Assembly (NCBI GenBank): GCA_964538815.1
Contig: CAZIHL010000001.1
Span: 79,034-143,033 of the forward strand
Source: an uncultured Candidatus Saccharibacteria bacterium
Lineage (GTDB): Bacteria > Patescibacteriota > Minisyncoccia > Phycocordibacterales > UBA5272
Direction: 5' to 3'
DNA length: 64,000 bases
A model generated the notes under the pieces. The model was not told where the DNA came from. It worked only from the letters and a program-made list of their open reading frames with translations, and ran no database searches. Shown in pieces: positions 59,308 to 64,000 of the stretch (the stretch's first letter is position 1; each line of letters starts with the position of its first letter). A program made the translations under genes and the position numbers.

Positions 59308-60547
59308 CCATATATGGTCTTAAAGCTTCTGGGATAGTAATACTACCGTCTTCATTTTGGAAATTCTCAACAAGAGAAACCAAAATACGAGGTGTAGGTA
59401 TAGCTGTACAATTTAAAGAGTGCACATAACGAGTTTTTCCATCTTCGTCGCGATATTTAATATTACTTCTTCTTGCTTGAAAATCATGAAAATATGAAGC
59501 ACTAGAAATCTCTCTATATTTTTCTTCTTTTGGTACCCAAAGTTCAATATCATATTTTTTTACTTGTCCTTGTCCAAGATCACCGCCGCAGTTGATAACA
59601 GTGTGATATGGAATATGCATAGACTCGATAAATTCTTCTGTGTTTCTATTTAATTCTTCATGATATTTTACAGATTCTTCGTGAGAAGCTTCACAGAGAA
59701 TAAGCTGTTCAAATTTATAAAATTCATGCACACGGATCAACCCTTTTGTATCTTTTGAATAGCTTCCTGCTTCTCTTCGAAAGCATGGTGAAAATCCTAA
59801 ATACTTTTTTGGTAAATCTTTTTTATCTAATACTTCGTCTCGATGGAAACCCATTAAAGGCACTTCTGCTGTACCCGCTAATGCGTCATCATCTTGAGTT
59901 ACATAATAATCATCAGTATCTCCTGGAAGATGTCCTGTACCATAAAGATTTTCTTTTCGTACAATTACAGGAGGAATCACAGGATTATATCCTTTATCTC
60001 CGAAAAACTTTAATGCATAATTCCAAATAGCAAAACAAAGTTGGACTCCTTCTCCTGTTAAAAAGTATCCACGAAATCCATGAACTTTTGATCCTCTCTC
60101 AAAATCAACCATTTTAAGATTTTCCATTATTTGAATGTGATCTTTTGGAATAAAAGAAAAAATAGGTTTTTCCCCCCAAATTTTTATTTCTTGATTATAT
60201 TCATCAGAATCTCCGTCTGGGACAGATATGTCTGGTATATTTGGTACACGAAGCATTAAAGCTCTCCACTCATTTATTATTTTTTCAAATTCTGGCTCTA
60301 GCTTTTTTATTTCTTCTTTTACAAGAGACATCTCTTCTATCTTTTTTTGTTTTTCTTCTAGATTTACTTTTGTTATTTCTCCTGATACTAAATTTTGCTT
60401 TGAGCGAAGCTCTTCTATTTTTTGAGAATATTCTATTCTTTTTTTATCTATTTCAATTAATTTTTGCACGTCAAAATCAATATGTTTTTTTTCTGCAGCC
60501 ATTTTAATAATTTCTGGATTTTCTCTAATAAATTTAATATCCAACAT
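59285..60547 (-). CDS. serS: serine--tRNA ligase
   Basis: MLDIKFIREN, GTAEVP, FRREAG, GLIRVHEF, EISSAS. Confidence 0.97.
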   Translation of the reverse strand: MLDIKFIRENPEIIKMAAEKKHIDFDVQKLIEIDKKRIEYSQKIEELRSKQNLVSGEITKVNLEEKQKKIEEMSLVKEEIKKLEPEFEKIINEWRALMLRVPNIPDISVPDGDSDEYNQEIKIWGEKPIFSFIPKDHIQIMENLKMVDFERGSKVHGFRGYFLTGEGVQLCFAIWNYALKFFGDKGYNPVIPPVIVRKENLYGTGHLPGDTDDYYVTQDDDALAGTAEVPLMGFHRDEVLDKKDLPKKYLGFSPCFRREAGSYSKDTKGLIRVHEFYKFEQLILCEASHEESVKYHEELNRNTEEFIESMHIPYHTVINCGGDLGQGQVKKYDIELWVPKEEKYREISSASYFHDFQARRSNIKYRDEDGKTRYVHSLNCTAIPTPRILVSLVENFQNEDGSITIPEALRPYMDGREKIQ

Positions 60548-60681
60548 AATCTTGTAAAAATAATAATTAATTAATATTCAAATAATATCATAAAATTAAG
60601 ATTTATAAAGTTGACAACTGGTATTTTTTTTCTTATTCTTATTAAGAATAAATCTATTTTGTACTTTTTAAAAATTTCCAG

Positions 60682-61020
60682 ATGAATAAAAAAGAATCAG
60701 AAGAAAAAATAATCTTATTAGAAAAACAAAAAGAAGAGATACTATCTTTTTTAGTTTCTCTAATAAAGATAAATGAGAATATAAATAAAATTGATATATT
60801 TAAATTTTTAGTTGAAAATTTAAATTATAAAGCAAGTAAAGAAGATATAATAAATATATGTTCTGGACATTTAAGTCCTATGGAAAAATTTCGTTTTTCT
60901 AATTATGTAAAAAATAAATATCCTGAATATTATGGAGATTTCAGAAAAGAAATCTTAATTTCTCCACCTAAACAGAATAGAGAATTTAAAGATGAAAATT
61001 CTGAAGAATATTATTATTAA
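60682..61020 (+). CDS. hypothetical protein
   Basis: 112-aa ORF with an upstream TTGACA; 3' end overlaps the convergent sufD. Confidence 0.5.
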   Translation: MNKKESEEKIILLEKQKEEILSFLVSLIKINENINKIDIFKFLVENLNYKASKEDIINICSGHLSPMEKFRFSNYVKNKYPEYYGDFRKEILISPPKQNREFKDENSEEYYY

Positions 61021-61579
61021 GAAAAATTTCCGCATCTTTTTCTGAAAAAGCATGAAGGCCGACATAAAATATGTCGGTCTTTTTTATTTTAGAAATTGAT
61101 ACAGCGTGAGATACTTGTACTTTATGACTATTTATATCAAGGCTTGGTATAGCGTCTATCTCACCAGTATTTCTATTTTCATCCACCGCAAAAATATATT
61201 TACATTTTTCTTCTCCATCTATCCCCTTTACTCCTTCTTTTACTTTAATATTTGTACGAGAAATAATTTTCCCATTTACTTCTGCAATTCCACGGATATT
61301 AATCAAGCTTTTTGTGTTGTCAGCATTGTGATTTACTTCACATGACACATCTACAAGACTTTCATTTGCTTTATATCTTCCAATAAATTCTACACTTGCG
61401 CCTTCTACATTTAAATTGATCTCGTAGTGAGAGAGAAAATCTCCTTCAAATTTTTCTTCACGAATCTCTAAATGCTCTCTTTTATCAATATTAATAACAT
61501 GAGTATTTTTCTTTATCTCGCTTTCTGTAAAATCAGTATTTACTTTTAATCCGTAAGATATTTTTTTAGATTCTTTCAT
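60986..61579 (-). CDS. sufD: truncated SufD-like Fe-S assembly protein
   Basis: DAIPSLDI....V.VSHA C-terminal SufBD motif; follows sufB. Confidence 0.75.
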   Translation of the reverse strand: MKESKKISYGLKVNTDFTESEIKKNTHVINIDKREHLEIREEKFEGDFLSHYEINLNVEGASVEFIGRYKANESLVDVSCEVNHNADNTKSLINIRGIAEVNGKIISRTNIKVKEGVKGIDGEEKCKYIFAVDENRNTGEIDAIPSLDINSHKVQVSHAVSISKIKKTDIFYVGLHAFSEKDAEIFLNNNILQNFHL

Positions 61580-61582
61580 ATT

Positions 61583-62962
61583 TTACATTCCTTCTATCTC
61601 AAGATCAATAAGTTTATTAAGCTCTACCGCGTACTCCAGCGGTAGTTTTTTTATTATTTCACTTGCAAATCCTCCAACGATTAATCTCTGCGCAGCATAT
61701 TCATCAAACCCATGAAGATTTGCATAAAAAATTTCTTTGTCAGAGAGTTGTCCGACTTTCGCTTCATGAGAAATTTCTACATCTTTGTTTGATACTTTAT
61801 TTACTGGTATGGCGAGTGCTTTTGAGTCTTTATCCATTATGAGTGTATCACAAGCTACTACAACTTTTGAGTTAGTTGCCCTCTTTCCTATTTCTACTGA
61901 TCCACGATAAGTAGACACACCTCCATTTTTAGCAATTGATTTTGATTTTATAACTGAGTAAGTATTTGGTGCGAGATGTATAACTTTACTTCCAACATCT
62001 TGATTTTGTCCTCGTCCTGCCATAGCGATACCAAGACTTTCACTTTTAGCATATTCGCCAAGAAGTATAGATGACGGGTAAAGCATTGTTGTTGATGACC
62101 CAGTATTTCCATTTAACCATTCAACTTCCCCTCTCTCATAGACGAGTGCTTTTTTAGTATTTAAATTATAAACATTTTTACTCCAGCTTTCGATACTTGA
62201 GTATTTTATTTTTGCATCTTTCATAACAAATAATTCCACTCCTCCAGCATGCAGAGCTGAAAAAGAATATCTTGGTGCAGAACAACCTTCAATATATTCA
62301 ACATAACTATCCTCGTCAGCAATTATTATTGTGTGTTCAAATTGACCTCCTTTTTCTTGATTCATTCTAAAGTATGACTGTAATGGCATTTTTACTTTTA
62401 CTCCTTTTGGGACATAGATAAATGTGCCTCCACTCCAGCATGCAGCGTGTAGTGATGCGAATTTATGCTCGTTCACTTTTATACAATCGCTCATAAAATA
62501 TTTTTTTACCATTTCAGGATAAAGCTTAAGAGCAGTATCCATATTTTCAAAAATTACTCCTTGCTTTTTGAGTGAGTCTTTGATCGAATGATACACAACA
62601 CCAGAGTCATATTGAGCCCCTACTCCACCCAAGTATTCCCTTTCAGCTTTTGGTATGCCAAGCTTTTCAAAAGTATCTGAAATTTCTTTTGGTACTTTAT
62701 CCCAACTATTTTGTTCTTTCATTTCTGGAGAAACATAATAAATAATTTCTTCAAGCTTTAAATCTTTCAAACTCGGCCCCCATGATGGAAGTGGTGCTCT
62801 TTTATATGCTCTATAAGCCTCTAAACGCTTCTCTAGCATCCATTCTGGCTCATCCTTGTCTTTTGATATATTTCGGACCATTCCTTCTGTTAAACCAAAA
62901 GAAAAATCAACTTCTTTAGACTTATTCTTATAAGATATTTTTTTAAATATATTTAAATCCAT
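61583..62962 (-). CDS. sufB: Fe-S cluster assembly protein SufB
   Basis: GVGAQYDS, WSGGTFIYVP, GQFEHT, YIEGCSAP, SHEAKVG. Confidence 0.96.
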   Translation of the reverse strand: MDLNIFKKISYKNKSKEVDFSFGLTEGMVRNISKDKDEPEWMLEKRLEAYRAYKRAPLPSWGPSLKDLKLEEIIYYVSPEMKEQNSWDKVPKEISDTFEKLGIPKAEREYLGGVGAQYDSGVVYHSIKDSLKKQGVIFENMDTALKLYPEMVKKYFMSDCIKVNEHKFASLHAACWSGGTFIYVPKGVKVKMPLQSYFRMNQEKGGQFEHTIIIADEDSYVEYIEGCSAPRYSFSALHAGGVELFVMKDAKIKYSSIESWSKNVYNLNTKKALVYERGEVEWLNGNTGSSTTMLYPSSILLGEYAKSESLGIAMAGRGQNQDVGSKVIHLAPNTYSVIKSKSIAKNGGVSTYRGSVEIGKRATNSKVVVACDTLIMDKDSKALAIPVNKVSNKDVEISHEAKVGQLSDKEIFYANLHGFDEYAAQRLIVGGFASEIIKKLPLEYAVELNKLIDLEIEGM

Positions 62963-63002
62963 ATCTATAAAATAACACTTTTTATGCTAAAATTGAAATA
63001 AT

Positions 63003-64000
63003 ATGACTCAATCTGAAGCATTGGACATTTTAAAAATGGGGCATTCTGTATTTTTGACTGGTGCTGCTGGTACTGGAAAAACTTATGTTTTAAATCAATA
63101 TATAAATTATTTAAAAAGTCATTCTATCTATCCTGCTATTACTGCCTCAACTGGTATCGCATCGACTCATATTGGTGGACAAACAATTCATTCTTGGAGT
63201 GGAATCGGTGTATATGAAAAGCTTGATAGATGGGCCCTTGATAAACTAGAGCAAAATGAGAGACTATATAAAAGATATAATGAAGCAAAAGTTTTAATAA
63301 TAGATGAGATATCAATGCTTCACGCATCACGTCTTGATATGGTGAATACTTTATTTAAAAAGTTTCGTAGCAACTCTTTACCATTTGGTGGAGTACAAAT
63401 AATTTTTTGTGGAGATTTCTTTCAACTTCCACCTGTCGTAAAAAAGTTCGGTGATGAAATTCCTGACGAAAGTAAAGAGTTCGCCTACAATAGTGAAGCA
63501 TGGAAAGAATTAAATCCTGTTATCTGTTATCTTGAAGAAAATTATCGTCAAGAAGATGAAAGATTAACAAAAATTTTAAATAATATTCGCTTTGAAAGAG
63601 AAACAGAAAAAATATATGAAGTATTAAGCCAAAGTGTGCGAGACATAGAAGAAGAAATAAATATTGATACAAATGAAGAAGTGTTTGGAGGAGATGTTTT
63701 AAAACTCTATACTCATAATATAGATGTAGATGGAATTAATGTTCAAAAATATATTTCTCTATCAAGCATCGAAGAATATTCTTATGAAATGCAAAGTAGT
63801 GGTAAAAAGAATTTAATAGAAGCTTTAAAAAATAATTGTCTTGCACCAGAAATATTAAATTTGAAAATTGGCACAAAAGTTATTTTTGTAAAAAATGATA
63901 AAAATAAAGAATATCAAAATGGAACTCTTGGAGAAGTTATAGGTTTTGATATTTCAAATATGCCAATAGTAAAAACTTTTAATGGTAGAGACATAAATGT
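63003..64000 (+). CDS. Pif1/RecD-like SF1B helicase (runs off window; not in ORF track)
   Basis: Manual translation: FLTGAAGTGKT, ASTGIA, GQTIHSW, IIDEISM, FGG.Q...GDFFQLPPV. Confidence 0.9.
   Translation, partial: MTQSEALDILKMGHSVFLTGAAGTGKTYVLNQYINYLKSHSIYPAITASTGIASTHIGGQTIHSWSGIGVYEKLDRWALDKLEQNERLYKRYNEAKVLIIDEISMLHASRLDMVNTLFKKFRSNSLPFGGVQIIFCGDFFQLPPVVKKFGDEIPDESKEFAYNSEAWKELNPVICYLEENYRQEDERLTKILNNIRFERETEKIYEVLSQSVRDIEEEINIDTNEEVFGGDVLKLYTHNIDVDGINVQKYISLSSIEEYSYEMQSSGKKNLIEALKNNCLAPEILNLKIGTKVIFVKNDKNKEYQNGTLGEVIGFDISNMPIVKTFNGRDIN

Noticed and set aside
1-64000. Alternative genetic code (UGA=Gly)
   Set aside because: Core genes are intact in code 11, some end in TGA (e.g. ftsW), and RF2 is present.

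Overview
Very AT-rich bacterial chromosome segment using genetic code 11. Gene content and style (no Shine-Dalgarno sites, short SMC/RF2/DnaX, lysine-rich RpoD) suggest a Patescibacteria/CPR, Parcubacteria-like organism; this is an inference. Most of the window is housekeeping: mnmA, aqpZ, rpoBC, dnaG, rpoD, obg, gatB, miaA, parB, rel, topA, smc, uppP, dprA, rnr, rpsP-khpA-trmD, prfB, ftsEX, trpS, scpAB, mraY-ftsW-murG, gltX, dnaX, dus, serS, sufBD, a Pif1-like helicase and six tRNAs. The standout is a 4.7-kb island between two tRNA-Thr genes (35246-39998) with no integrase or transposase. Its first part is a tandem-GHKL-ATPase/HExxH protein enclosed by 136-bp inverted repeats anchored on the tRNA 3' end. 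Its second part is a very GC-rich orphan gene under a near-consensus promoter, bracketed by two related structured elements and followed by an H-type pseudoknot fused to a canonical type III hammerhead ribozyme. Two other tRNA-adjacent oddities are a fold-back copy of a tRNA-Leu 3' end and two orphan genes behind tRNA-Ala that share a 27-bp leader.
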